A stretch of DNA of 64,000 nt from the NCBI RefSeq assembly GCF_009914755.1, contig NC_060928.1. One strand, given 5' to 3'. The translations under genes were made by a program, and so were the position numbers. The stretch comes from the human T2T-CHM13v2.0 reference genome, Homo sapiens. This document shows positions 29,136 to 42,357 of this stretch, in pieces. Position 1 is the stretch's first letter. Each line of letters begins with the position of its first letter. Below the pieces are notes generated by a model, which worked only from the letters and a program-made list of their open reading frames with translations, searched no databases and was not told the origin of the DNA.

Positions 29136-30604
29136 CAGTTACACTTTATCATGACCACATTCCATGCAGCAAGAACCCAAAGGCAATGTCTAAAGGGCCT
29201 GGTGGCTCACTGAGGAGCCTTCTTAGAGAGTTGTGCTGCCTCCTTCAAATCCCTCTGGTCCAATTGATGTATTAACTCTTTGGGAGCCATTTAATACAGT
29301 GACACTTCATGGCATGACTGTTTCCTGTTTGTCAAAAAATAACACATTCTTTTAAGTGTAGCCATTGAAAAAATAGCTATCAAGAACACATGGGCATTTG
29401 CTCTTAATTCCCTCTTATCACTCTCTGGCCATTCCCTGGGTGGAGGGTTCTGCCCACTTCTGGAGGGTCAGCACCTTGAAGGCAGACACCAGCTCTTAGC
29501 CTTACACCTGGTCCCTCTTACATTTCATCTCTTCCAGCACACATGCTAGTCATCTGGTAGCCTTTTGCATACTGGTGAGTGATTTAAAAACAAAACTGTG
29601 AAAAGTAGGCATACTTTTAACAATCCCCAGGAAGGTGAAGCGCTTTCATCTTCAAAACTCCAACATATATTAATAAACTTTGCATCTATGCATTCAGGTA
29701 TGTCAAAGAGGTGATATGCTATAAACATCTTTGGAGGGGAGGTGAATGCTGGCTTTGGGAGACTATGAAGGTAGCATTAGAAAGAGGGCCTCTGGAGCTC
29801 TTGTGTAAGGAGAAAGTCGGCGGCGCTTTCTGTGAGTCTGTTATGGGAGCCGCCAAAGAACTGCCAGTTTCCCTCCACATGGACACATCTAGCCAGAGAA
29901 AGCCTGGAATAAGGGAAATATCCCAGGCTTTGGATAGGGCCTGGACAAATTCTAGCCCCACCACCTATTAGCTGAACCTCCTTGAACAAGCCATTGAGCT
30001 TAGCTGAGGTTCAATTTCCCTTGCATGCAAAAAAAAAATTTGATGGTTATATCTACATTATAGAAATATTGAGAAGATTAAGTAAATTTATGCATGGAAA
30101 AGCTCCTGAAAGCCTTGGCACCCAGTAGATAGATATTTAATTTACATAAGCTTATTTCCTCCCTTTCCTGAGAACAGAGGAGAACACAAGGATGTCAGGT
30201 TTCCCACATTGTAGAAATTTGAACAGTCTAAGAATTAAAAAGTAACCATACGGTGATCCAAAGTAACCGTTTCCCTCATATCATTACCCCAAGAACTAAC
30301 CCCTAGAATGATAATCCCTTTTAACAATATCTTCTTGATCCTAGCATAGCTAAGGAGAGAGAGGGCAGATCAAATTCTGGATTGGGTAGAAAGTGGATGG
30401 TGGGGTCATTCACTGAAACATGAGACATAGGAAAAGAACAAGATGGTGAGTTTGGTTTGGGAGTTGATGAATCTATAGTACCTGCTCAACATCCAAATGG
30501 GAATTTCCAGGAAGTGTTTGGACATACAGGTCTGAAACTCTGAAATGAGTTCAAGATGGAGATAGATACTTAGGAGAAATGATATAGGTAATAGTTAAAA
30601 CCAT

Positions 30605-30607
<3 letters not shown>

Positions 30608-30636
<29 letters not shown>
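30608..30636 (+). repeat. (TG)n microsatellite
   Basis: About 14 TG units. Confidence 0.95.
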
Positions 30637-30638
<2 letters not shown>

Positions 30639-30742
30639 TGGGGAGTGGGAGATGACACCCAGGGAGAATGTGTTAAGTGAGGGGAAAACTTGTTCAGAAG
30701 GGCTATCTAGAAAATATCCACAATTATGAGGGTCAGTGGAAG

Positions 30743-30930
30743 CAGTGGGGTGCTAGTGAATAGTAAACAGCCTGCTCTTGGAGTGAGGAGAAGCTGATTT
30801 TAAACCACTGCCAATTTCTATGGTGTAAATACTCCACCATAACCAACTTCAAGCTACCAACAGGATATCAACAGGCTTACAAAAGTTGTGAAAAATTAAC
30901 ATATGCTCTCACAAGCAGGTACGAGTCAGG
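30743..30930. mobile_element. MER63-like hAT element within L2
   Basis: 'cagtggggtgctagt...gccaatttctatggtgtaaatactccaccataaccaacttcaagctaccaac', similar to 15569-15736. Confidence 0.65.
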
Positions 30931-31053
30931 AGGGTGGCAGGAAGGAGAGAATGCAAAGGATTAGGCAAAACCAACCAAATAGTATGGGGAGTAAATGGAA
31001 AAAAGGAACCAAGGACAATAGTGTTATGAAAACCAAGGCACTTGAGTTTCTTA

Positions 31054-31386
<333 letters not shown>

Positions 31387-31699
31387 CTAGTCAAACTGTC
31401 TTAAGAGCAAACAAATGAGAAGGAAGCGAAGACATACAGAGACAGTCTTTTCCAAACAATGGTTTAGGAAGGCAGGAGAGAAATCAAGCAATGTCTCCAG
31501 TGAGAGAGAGGATCAAAGTAAGGTAGAGTTTGAGCACAATCTGAGAAACATGAGCCACAAGGTGGACAAGTGCGTAGCAGCCAAAACATGGTGGAGATTA
31601 ATGGCTGCCCAGTGTTCTTCTGCCTACTCTGTTAGTATTACTTTTACCATAAAAGAAACAGTAGTGACCCAGCTTGATTTCTGAAATCACAGGCAGTTG

Positions 31700-31880
31700 G
31701 GAGAAATCCTGATCCTCTCATGTTCCAGCTTTGTGATCTCAGACAAGACTCATTTCCTCAACTGTAAAATGGAGACAATAATAACCACATCTTTTGGGGT
31801 TTTTATGAAGATGCAATTATCTAAAACATGCAAAGCACCTCTCAGAGTACCTGGCATATAGTAGGTCCTAGATACATTTT
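31700..31880 (+). mobile_element. MIR
   Basis: 'tttcctcaactgtaaaatggagacaataata...gtacctggcatatagtagg'. Confidence 0.75.
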
Positions 31881-32834
31881 AGTCTCCATCTCTTACCCAG
31901 AACATTAGAGCATTAAAACTAAAATTACCAAGGTATCCTGTGTCCTACCCATGACTAGGGAGGAAGGAAATGTTCCTTCTGCTGTGTAAATCACACAGCG
32001 TCAGATACACGAAAAGACAAACAGGATGGATCTTTCTTTTCCCTTCATACACATCTGCAATGCAATGAAGTGGTGAACTTCCACACACATGGGATGAACT
32101 AGGAGCTGCCACATGAAGGAAAATCCATTCATAAAGTACTTGGAGGATCATCTGGACAAAAGATGTTATATGAATACCTGTGATCATTACCAATTACATA
32201 TTCCATTGGTATGAATCATCAGAATATATAGCATGAATAAGTTCAGAAGATAATATCTAGGAAATTAACTTGCTTCAGCTTTTCCTAATTTGACCTTAGC
32301 TATTTTTAGGATTTTATCAGTTTGTTTTTTGTATGAATTAAATACAAGAGTAACATTTGTTTTAAATCCCTTAAATTATTCTTTTGGGACTAAAAACTTT
32401 ATTTTCCTATGGTAAATATAAGAAAGGCAGTTACAGGCATGTAAAAGTCAGTCACTAATATGTAAATTAAACAAACTGATCCACATATTTTAAGTAATAG
32501 TGGTTACTGTACCCTGGATCTCATATAAATATTGAAGTAAGTTTATTTATATTAGTTGGCCAGAATTTGAAGATAAAAAAAGAAAGATCACTTTAAGTTT
32601 AGAAAAATCTTTGGCCCAAATCTCTGTAACAGTTTAGGTAGGCATCACTTCTCATTAGAAAGCAACCAAAAGAAAGCCCTCTCTTCCAGAAAATACCATC
32701 ACGTTTTCAAATATGCATGTACTATAATTCTTCCTATTGAATAAGCAATACAAATGTCTCTTCATGTGCTATTATGCTACAAGAATTAAGAAGGCATGTT
32801 TTTTAATTTTTAAATTTTCTATTTTAATTACTAA

Positions 32835-33955
32835 ATCAACAAAATGAAACAGCAGCCTATGGATTGAGAAAAAATATTTGCAAAGCATGTATCTCATAAA
32901 GGGTTAATATCCCAAATTTGCAAATAGCTCATACAACTCAATAGTGAAAAAACAAATAATCCAGTTAGAAAATGGGCAGAAGACCTGAATAGACATTTTT
33001 CTAAAAGAGACACAAAAATGGTCAATATGTGTATGGAAAGGTGTTCAACATTATTAATAGCAGAGAAATGCAGATCCAAACCATTATGAGATACCACCTC
33101 ACATCTGTTAGGGTGGCTGTTACCAAAAAGTCAAAAGATAAATGGTGAGGATGTGGAGAAAAATGAATTCTTGTACACTGTTAGTGGAAATATAGATTGG
33201 TACAGCCATTACGGAAAACAGGATGGAGGTTTCCAAAGACATTAAACATAGAACTAACATGTGGCTTAGTAATCCCTCTTCTGGACATATACCCAAAGGA
33301 AATAAAATCACTACCTAATAAAAATATTTGCACTCCCATGTTCATTGCAGCATTTTCCACAATAGTCAAGATGTGGGCACAACAAGCATCCGTCAGTGGA
33401 TGACAGGGAAAAGAAACTGTGGTACATATATGCAATGGAATATTATTTGGCACCACCAAAAGAATGAGATCTTGCCATCTGCTACAGCATGGATGAGCCT
33501 GGAGAACACTATGCAATGTGAAATAAGCCAGATACAGAAATAAAGATATTACACAATCTCACCTAGATGTGAAATCTTTTTTAAAAAATTTAAATATACA
33601 GAGATACATAATAAAACAGTAGTTACCAGGGATAGCAGGGGGTGAGCGGGGAGGAAATGGGAAGAGGTAGATTGAAGAATGTAAAATAACAGATGTAGGA
33701 TGAATCAGTCTAGAGATTAAATGTTTGTACATGAGGACTATAGGTAATATAACTGTATGGTATAGTTGATTCTTACTAAATGAGTAGATTTTAGCTGCTC
33801 TTGCCAGAAAAAAACAAAACAAAACAAATTGATAAGTATGTGAGATTATGGACTGTTATTTGCTTTACTATAGTAGCCTTTATACTATCTATATGTATTC
33901 AATAATATCATATTGTATACCTTAAATATACACAATAAAGTTTACTTTTAAAAAT
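32835..33955 (+). mobile_element. L1MA-type (L1MA8/9-like) 3' end: ORF2 C-terminal remnant plus 3'UTR
   Basis: 'aaaatatttgcaaagcatgtatctcataaagggttaatatcc', 'tgcactcccatgttcattgcagca', ends 'ttgtataccttaaatatacacaataaa'; ORF 33197-33403 ([16 protein letters not shown]) is L1 ORF2-like. Confidence 0.92.
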
Positions 33956-34036
33956 TATTTCATAAATATATTCTATTTGTAAACAATAAAAATACCAAAT
34001 AAACTTGAAGTCACAGTTATATAATTCTGTTGTGGG

Positions 34037-34114
34037 TTCTTCCCCTCAATCCAAAATAACAGTGGTTATTTTGCTTTCTTCCCCTCAATCCAAAATAACA
34101 GTGGTTATTTTGCT
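34037..34114 (+). repeat. Perfect tandem duplication, 39-bp unit x2
   Basis: ttcttcccctcaatccaaaataacagtggttattttgct twice. Confidence 0.95.
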
Positions 34115-34161
34115 ATGTGTCCTTCCAGATATTTTTTATTTTCCTGTGCATTTAAATATAA

Positions 34162-34163
<2 letters not shown>

Positions 34164-34196
<33 letters not shown>
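34164..34196 (+). repeat. (CA)n microsatellite
   Basis: About 16 CA units. Confidence 0.95.
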
Positions 34197-34200
<4 letters not shown>

Positions 34201-34757
34201 AAATATATACTATGTATTGTTTATTGTTAAAAAAAGCAATAATGTAGAGTATATTACTTACCAATTCCCTTTCCCTAGGGGAGGAACTATGGAGAAGAAT
34301 TTATAAGTAATATACTTTACGTCTATATATATGTTATATATAACTATTACATATAACATTATAATATATATGTGTATATTATGTGTGTATATATATATAT
34401 AACTATTTCATGTAGAGGAGGAGAATTAAAGAGTGATATACGCTATATTAATGAACAACACATTTTAAGCCTTTCTATGTTAGCACATTTCATACACTGT
34501 GGCATTTTACTACGTATGGATGCACACGATTATTTAAGCTTTGCCCTATTGGTGGAGATACAGTTGCAAGATTCAGAAAAAGGGTAGGAAGCAAGATTTA
34601 TCAAAGATCATTTATATATAAATATAATTTCACTTCTAAAAATCAGTAAGAAAAAGACAAACAACCCAATAGAAAAAATGGGCAAAAAATATGGACAGCC
34701 AGTATACAGAAGGAAATGCCTACAAAATAATGCTCAACCTCAGTATTATCTAAAGTA

Positions 34758-35932
34758 ACTGTTCTCAAGTACTCTCCGAGATCATTTCCAGGGATACGCA
34801 TGATTAAAACTATTTTCATCAAATTTCTACACTCACTATTTGCCTTTTGCTTTGTGTTGACACTGCACTGAGAGTGCACAGCAATAGTGAGAAAAACTGG
34901 GGTTCCTTAGCACAAATCACAAATCCTTAACAATGGTACCAAGCTATAAAGAAGCAATCATATTTGTCACCACCATGCACTCAGAGTTTTACAAAATTCC
35001 CTGATGAAGAAGTACAAATTATAAATTATATCTCTACCATCGAGTACGTGAGTTTTTAATTTTCTGAGGGACAGACAGAATGAGAAGAATAAAGACCATA
35101 CTAGGAAAAACACTTGTATGATTGTTGCAAGCTCAACTAATGGCTTATTTTGTGCAATACCATTTTAGTTGAAAAGCAACTCACAAATTATAGTTATTCA
35201 GATGTATATTTGGCAGATATTTTCTCAAAAATGAACAAAGTGAGCCAATCACATCGAGGAAGACAATTCACAGTATTTATTGTCAATGACAAACTTTGAG
35301 CTTTCTTGAAAAAAATAAAGGTTAGGAAAGTTATATCTGCCTATGTGAGTGTGACAGCTTCTTAACACTTAAAGCCTTTTCTGATGAGACTGATGATGAT
35401 ATTAATGAGTGTGATTTTTTTATTGTTGTTGCATAATGAAATGTGTCAAATTTGGAAGATACGCAAAACTAAGTGAACTAATATTTTCCAAATAACCAAT
35501 GCATGTTATTATAAATTCATGAGTGGGTAAAATATCCATTCAAAGTGCAAGATGGACTAATGGATTTTAATATTACAGAGCATGAAAAGTCCACTGCTAT
35601 GGTTTCAGATTCCACACTAAAGCTAACACTTAAGAAAATACCACTTACAGAGTTTGGATGTAGCAACAAAGAATATTTATATTTATCTCAAGAGATTTCC
35701 AGAGTATTCCTTTCTTTTCCAATCCCAAATCTATGTGAGGCCAATTTTCTTCAAACGAAACAAATCAGCGGAGTGAATGCAGAAACTAATATGAAAATCC
35801 ATCCACCCTTTATTAAACAAATATTAAAGAGACTTGCAAACCTTTGAAACAATGCCGAAACAAAACTTTGGAGTGCTCAAAATTTTTAAAGAGTGTCAGA
35901 TGAGCTTGAGATCAAAATCTTTGATATTCCTG
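34758..35932. mobile_element. Charlie1-type hAT DNA transposon relic
   Basis: 'aaaactattttcat...tttgtgttgacactgcactga...gcaatagtgagaaaaactg', 'ttggcagatattttctcaaaaatgaacaaagtgagc', 'ccaaataaccaatgcatg', 'ggtttcagattccacact'. Confidence 0.8.
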
Positions 35933-36116
35933 GTCAGGGAAATGGAAGTTAAATTTAGATAACATTTTATATTCATCAGCTTGACTAAAATTTTCAAAAT
36001 TAATAATATCAAGTGTTAGCAAGAGTAGACAGAAGTGGATATTCTCATACTCTGAATCCTAAAGGGAATGTAAATCGGTAAAGTCACTTTTAAGTACAAT
36101 CAAGCTGTGTCCATTA

Positions 36117-36282
36117 CAGAGGTTAGCCAACTTTTTCAACAAAAACCACGCGGTAAATATCAATATCTTTGATTTTGCAGGTCAAAGTTTTAACTACTCA
36201 ACTCTGCCACTGCAACACAATAGCATCCATAGAGGGTATGTAAATGGATGGGCATAGCTGTGTTACAATAAAACTTTATTTA
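36117..36282. mobile_element. MER58A-like hAT element
   Basis: 'actactcaactctgccactg...atgtaaatggatgggcatagctgtgttacaataaaactttattta'. Confidence 0.8.
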
Positions 36283-36384
36283 TATTTAAAATGTGTATGT
36301 TCTGTAACTCTGTAATTCTACCCTTAAGTACTTACTCTAAAGAAATGCTCACACCTATATAATGTTTAATAGACTTTGGGCACC

Positions 36385-36515
36385 GTTCTAATCATTACTA
36401 CCAATTTAATCCTCACAACAGCCCTATGAGATAAATACTATTGGTTTCTTTATTTTATAGAGGAAGAAATTGAGTCCAGCGTGGTTAAGTCACTTGTCCA
36501 AAGTTATACAGCTAA
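36385..36515 (-). mobile_element. MIR
   Basis: 'atttaatcctcacaacagccctatgaga...gaggaagaaattgag...ggttaagtcacttgtccaaag'. Confidence 0.8.
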
Positions 36516-36949
36516 TGCATGTCATTGTAGCATTATTTTGTACAGCAAAATTATAGAAGTAACCTAAATGTTCAGAGACATTAAATATTATATTTGATCT
36601 GGTTTGTGTCTTTCCTTATACAGATTCCTCAAAATTAAGTAGTTTCCTGCCTTTATTTCTTGCTATTCAAATTTTCTGAAGTAGACTTGAAGTCCCACTT
36701 TCTTCTTAGAGCTTTTGTTGACCATGCAAGCCCATCATGACCCCGTTACTAATTCTCATAGAACATTCTCTCTGGAGCTTATGGAATACCCATGGAGTTT
36801 ATGTCCTCAATGATAATATGTTGTCAGGTGGCAGCAGGGGCAGGTCGAGGGAAGCCCTTTGTTTCTTTGACATGTCTCTGTCCCTTGGTAGACCAATAGT
36901 TCCTCAAGGATTGGGAATGAATGGAATCTTACGTGCCCTTTTTATTCCT

Positions 36950-37642
36950 CACTGTCTGTGGCCATCTCTACCACCTCCACTTCTACTACTCACATCCAAG
37001 CCACCATCCTTGCTAGTCTGAACTGAAAAAGTCTCCAGACGGATAGCCCTGCTTCCATTCTTGCCTACCTACCATACATGATCTTCATAGCATCCAGGGT
37101 GAGCATTACACAAAGTTTAATTCAGATCAAAAGCTCAACTCAGAAGCCTCCTGTGGCTTCCCACTGGACAAAATCACAAGTGTTCACCACAGCCTTCAAA
37201 GCCTGGCTTCCTTTAATCCAACCTCCTGTCCCCGGACTGCCCTGGCTCACTCTGCTCCGAGCACAAAGAGGTCTTTGCCATTTCCCATGACACGCTGAGA
37301 CCCTCCTGCTGCATGGCCTTGGCAGTGGCTCTTCCCTTTGCCTGGATGCTCTTCCTCGAAATGTTGGCAAGCCTCATTCTCTCACTTTATGAAGGTCTCT
37401 GCTCAAAGGTACCCTCAGCAGTGAGGCTTTCTCTGACTACCCTGTCTAAACAAGCAAACCTCCCGACCCAACTTCTTTACTCTCTTTTCCCTTACTCAGT
37501 GTTAGGCTCTTCATATCACATACCAGAACGCAGTACATCTTGTGTTCATGTTTATTTGTTTACCGTCCCTCCCTCCCTCCCCTCAGCCCAACCTAAAATA
37601 ATGCCTGGGACTTGGTTGTTCAATAAATATATTGACTGAATG
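36950..37642 (+). mobile_element. L2 3' end
   Basis: 'ccaagccaccatc', 'ctctgctcaaaggtaccctcagcagtgaggctttctctgac', ends 'caataaatatattgactgaatga'. Confidence 0.75.
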
Positions 37643-37739
37643 AGCCTCAGTTTCCTCACTTCTAAAATGGCAATAATACTGTCCCTCACAAGATTGATAT
37701 TAATAATAATTACTGATTATTTGATTATTAAAATACAGC

Positions 37740-37895
37740 AAGTAATGCCTGCTATATTGCTAAATTCTTTGCCTGCGTTATCTCACACAATTCTAGTAAC
37801 AACCCAGTGAGATAGATAAGATCATTATTCCCCACTTTACAGATGAGGAAACTGAGGCATAGAAAGGATGAGTCACTTCCCAGGTTCACAGCTGT
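37740..37895 (-). mobile_element. MIR
   Basis: 'attattcccccactttacagatgaggaaactgaggcatagaaagg'. Confidence 0.8.
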
Positions 37896-38247
37896 GCCAA
37901 TAATACTCAAAGCAAGGAGTTGCTACTAGAGCTAAGTAGAATAAAGAATGGGCAGGCATGGTGAAAGCATAGAGCGCTTTATAAATGCAAGGAATTCCTG
38001 TTTACATTATTGCTCCAAGGAGGGCTTCATGCATGATGCAAGAATTCCCCCTGCAACTAGACGAGCCAGTGGTTGGGCTTCCAGAGAACTGGGTCTCAGT
38101 GAGTCACTGTGACTAAGAGGGACCGTTCAGGTGAAAAGAAGACTTTTCCCCCACAACAAACTTTTCTTAAACGCTGCTTGGGAAGGGTGTTTGCTAAGTC
38201 CATTTTCTGATCAGATAACAGTTTGACACTAATTCTTCTATTTTCAG

Positions 38248-38314
38248 CTGGCACCAGACCCGGTCCTCGACTTTATCACCCATCGGTTATCTGTGTCGCC
38301 TGAAGGAACTCCGG
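38248..38314 (+). other. Candidate 67-nt internal exon in unique CpG-retaining DNA (unverified)
   Basis: Branch-like cactaat, ttcttctattttcag acceptor and CGG|gtaagg donor; no protein recognised. Confidence 0.3.
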
Positions 38315-40934
38315 GTAAGGTACAGGAAAAAGGTGGGGGTATTGTTGGAGCTTCCTGCTGGCCAGTACACTGGCCTATTGTTGGATTTATTTTTTTAAAC
38401 TATCACATCACAATTATTTCGGCAACATCCTTTTTCCATCCTGGACCTGATACAATATTTATTGAACTATACAAACTGCGTCAATACACAATTCTTTCCG
38501 TATCGTTGCCCAAGTTCTTTACGATATCTTTTAAAAAATTAATATCCATTAAAATATTTTGCTAATTGACACATGATCAGCCAACTCTCCATGCTTCAAA
38601 TTAAGACTTTTTTAAAATAAAGAGTCTTCAGATAGAACTTTGCTCAACTGCTACATTTTTAAAAAACAAATGACAACAAAATGACATTTCTTGAGATTAC
38701 TAAGTGCCAGGCACTATACTATGCTTCATTTTGTTAAAGCACTACCACCACTCCACAACAGTTAATATTCCCATTTTACAGATAAGGAAACTGAGCTAAG
38801 AAACGTGGTATAATCACACTACCAATAAGTCATGAATGCTTACTCTGATCCCTGGGAGTCCTACTCCAGATCTCTGACTACGTTCCAAAAAAAGAAAAAG
38901 AAAAATGACTTGTCCTTGAATCATTTTGCTGCTTTAACTTGTGTTCAGCTGAATTCTGTAAGTAGTGAATATACAGAGCTAGGCCCCCATCACCATCAAG
39001 GCTGGTGGTATGCCCTGGTGTTTCAATCACGTGCACCTTAATAAGAGCCATTTGACTAGCTATTAAACCGCATTTTGAAAGCCATAACAGTATGGCAATA
39101 CTGAAGCTGCTACAATACCCCATTTCTGTTTTCCCCTCCTAATTACATCTATTGGATTATAGGAGCAAACCTTCACAACCAAATCAGCATCTTGAGACCT
39201 GCTCTTTGCATCCTCATTAGGTGTGCATTACTTTTCCCTACAACTATGCTTTCGGATTCTTTAACTGTGGTGTGACCAGAATCATTGACTCAGAGACTCA
39301 GTACAGAGAACTTGTAAAGCTGGGAGGGGCCATCTTTGTTTTATTGTAAATAGGATGCCCAAAGAGGAAGATGACTTTTCAAGGGCCACACAATCACAGT
39401 ACCAGAGGGGTTACTGAAAAGAAAAAGAAGCAATGTTCATTGACAATCTGCTATGTGCCAGACACATTTCGTAATGAAATAACAGCAGTGATACAGATAA
39501 TTATAAAAAGTGACATATATTGAACGTTTAAAATTTGTCAGGCACTATGCAAAACGCTTAATGTGAATTTTTTCAAGTCGTTAATCTTCTCCAATTTAGA
39601 GACAAGTACTATTATTACTCCTGTTGGACAGATGAGAAAACCTCTCAGAAAACCATGCCAGTCATGGAGATAGAATTCAAAGACCCAAAACTACCCAGCA
39701 ACATGGCCCTGGCTTTATTTCAAACATGGGAAAATGCACTCAAAGTGCAGCCCTAACCTGGCCAAAAGAGTATCTTCCTAACTATGGATTTCTGCTGAGA
39801 CAAACATGGAAGAAGACGGATGGATTTGGGTAGCCAGGGAAATAATGTTACCTGCCAGTCCCACTGGCTCTTTTCATAATGCGCAATTTATCTGCACTTT
39901 CCTGTACCATTTAAATACTAATGAGACCTTTAAGAAATGCACCATAAATGCATTTTCAGCCTAATAATTCAGAAACTTTGATCTTTCAGGTAAAAGGAGC
40001 ACCACTGTCACACAGACACACACACATACACACACACCCACAAAGTGGTCCTGTATCAGAGCAGATGTGCAATCTTCTCAGGTTATCTCTGTGTTAAACC
40101 CACAGGTCTCTATCTCGCTGATTCACCTCTGATCAAACTTGAAGAAAATGACACCAGCCATCTGCCTATACTTTTATAAATGAGTGCCACCTAAGGCTAC
40201 CACCCATCATCTCTGTGACCTCACGTAAGTCATTCAATATCTCTGGTCCAGGTTTGTTCATCTGTCAGAATAGAGGTGGACTGAACAAAATAGGTGGTTT
40301 CTCACAGCCAAATGCTCTAGGATTTCTTGACAAAGCATTCTAAGATGATCTCATTCAATGAACACTTGCTTCATGACCAGACTATTCAATGAGAGACTCT
40401 ATAATGCTGAAGCAATATTGGCAGTGATCCACATTTGTGGACTAAGTCATGGCTGGTGAATGTATTTTATATCCAGCAATACTGTGACCTTGGCTACACT
40501 GTAATTCTTTACCACATGGGTCCAAATCTGCTTAGTGAAAAAACTGAATACCCCAGGGGCATTCCTACAGCTATAAAAAAAAAATCAATCTAAAATAATT
40601 TGCCAAAAAAGCAGCATTCGTCTTGACACAAGGATTCTGTAGCTTAAATATACTAGGCATGATAACTCAAAAGACCTCCCCAAAAGCAGCAGGCTTCATT
40701 AGGGTATGGAGGACTTCTCTGCTGGACTCTGAGTCTATGAAGAACATATATATCAAATATGATCATTGGAACGTTCATAAAAATGCTTATCCTACCACTG
40801 GATTCTTGTCTTCTTATATATGCTGTACAGATGAGGAAAGTCAAGCACAGGCTTACCAAACTGATCAAAAGAGATGAAAAAGAATGTGATTTTCAGTCAG
40901 AACCAGCCAGTTATAGCCCTGAATCACTGCAGGT

Positions 40935-41140
40935 CAGGGTTTCCCCACCTTGGCAACATTGACCTTGGTGCTGGATGGTTCATGCTGTAGGGGACTGTCC
41001 CATGAATTGTCTGCTGCTTGGCAGTATCTCTGTCTTCTACCTATTAGATGCCAATAGTGTCCCCCACCCCAAGTTGTGACAGCCAAAAATGTCTCCAGAC
41101 TTTGACAAGTGTTCCCTACGGGACCATCACTATACTGCTA
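40935..41140. mobile_element. MER20 hAT element
   Basis: 'ccttggcaacattgac...ggggactgtcccatg...tagatgccaatagtgtcccc...agttgtgacagccaaaaatgtctccagac'. Confidence 0.85.
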
Positions 41141-42010
41141 TAGTTGCTCAAAGAACACAGCAGAAGTAACAATTCTTCAGCTTCCCTGAAGACCAAAGCC
41201 TGGCTTAGACTTTCTCCCTTCCCCACAGCTGACTCCATTCCATCTAACCTTCTCGCCAGTCCCAGGCCTCCTTCTAATCACAGGGATTATCACGCCAGTC
41301 CGTGCTTTCAAACTCTCAAGGCTTGCCCTCATGGGCTGCAGAATCTCAAATATGGCTTTTTGTGGCCTCCAGCCACGAGTCAGCTAGGTCCTGCTGCCCT
41401 AGCCATATGGTAGCAACAGACAGCCGCAGACAAACTACGCCTTGCCAGTCCTCCCTTGCACATGCTGTTCCCCCTGCCTGCAATGCCATTCCTGTCTTCT
41501 CAAATAGAAACTGGGCAGATTCATCCTCCCGAACCTATACACCTGCGGGGATACTCCCTAGGTGCTCAAGAGCTATTAGTGGAACTAAATTGACTCTTTG
41601 CTCAGATGCCCCAGCCCTTGACCTCAGTCAAGTTACCCAACCCCCTCAGACCTCAGTTTCTTCCTCAGGAAGATGGGTGCAATGATTCCTCCCATACAAG
41701 GTTGTGAGAAATAAAGGACATCGAGGCTGCCACACAGTGAATTCTCATCCAAAAGTTATTTTATCTTCCTGTTCCAAGGAGATTATTTTACAAGAATGGG
41801 CACAATCTCTGGGCTATATCTTCACATGCTTAGTATACAGAAATAGAACTAAAATCCTTTAAGTCTCTTTCTTTTGAATCCTGAGTAATACATCATTTTT
41901 TTCAATTTTTTTTTTTTATTTTTCTCCTAAATATTTGGAAGGAGAAGCCCAAGTTTGATACCAGTGTAAGGATGGAAGCCGTTCTAATCTTACATGAATC
42001 AAAGAGCCCT

Positions 42011-42357
<347 letters not shown>

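Larger units (their letters stand above)
34600..36580 (+). mobile_element. Old L1ME-type fragment interrupted by Charlie1, MER58A and MIR
   Basis: 'aaatcagtaagaaaaagacaaacaacccaatagaaaaaatgggcaaa...atgctcaacctca' resumes as 'tcagggaaatggaagttaaa' near 35933 and 'cattgtagcatt...aacctaaatgttca' near 36520. Confidence 0.7.

Noticed and set aside
32894-33543. ORFs with L1 ORF2-like residues
   Set aside because: Fragmented remnants of a dead, 5'-truncated L1MA element.
35545-35847. 100-aa ORF inside the Charlie1 relic as a possible domesticated transposase
   Set aside because: Short and surrounded by stops and frameshifts; no intact transposase frame.
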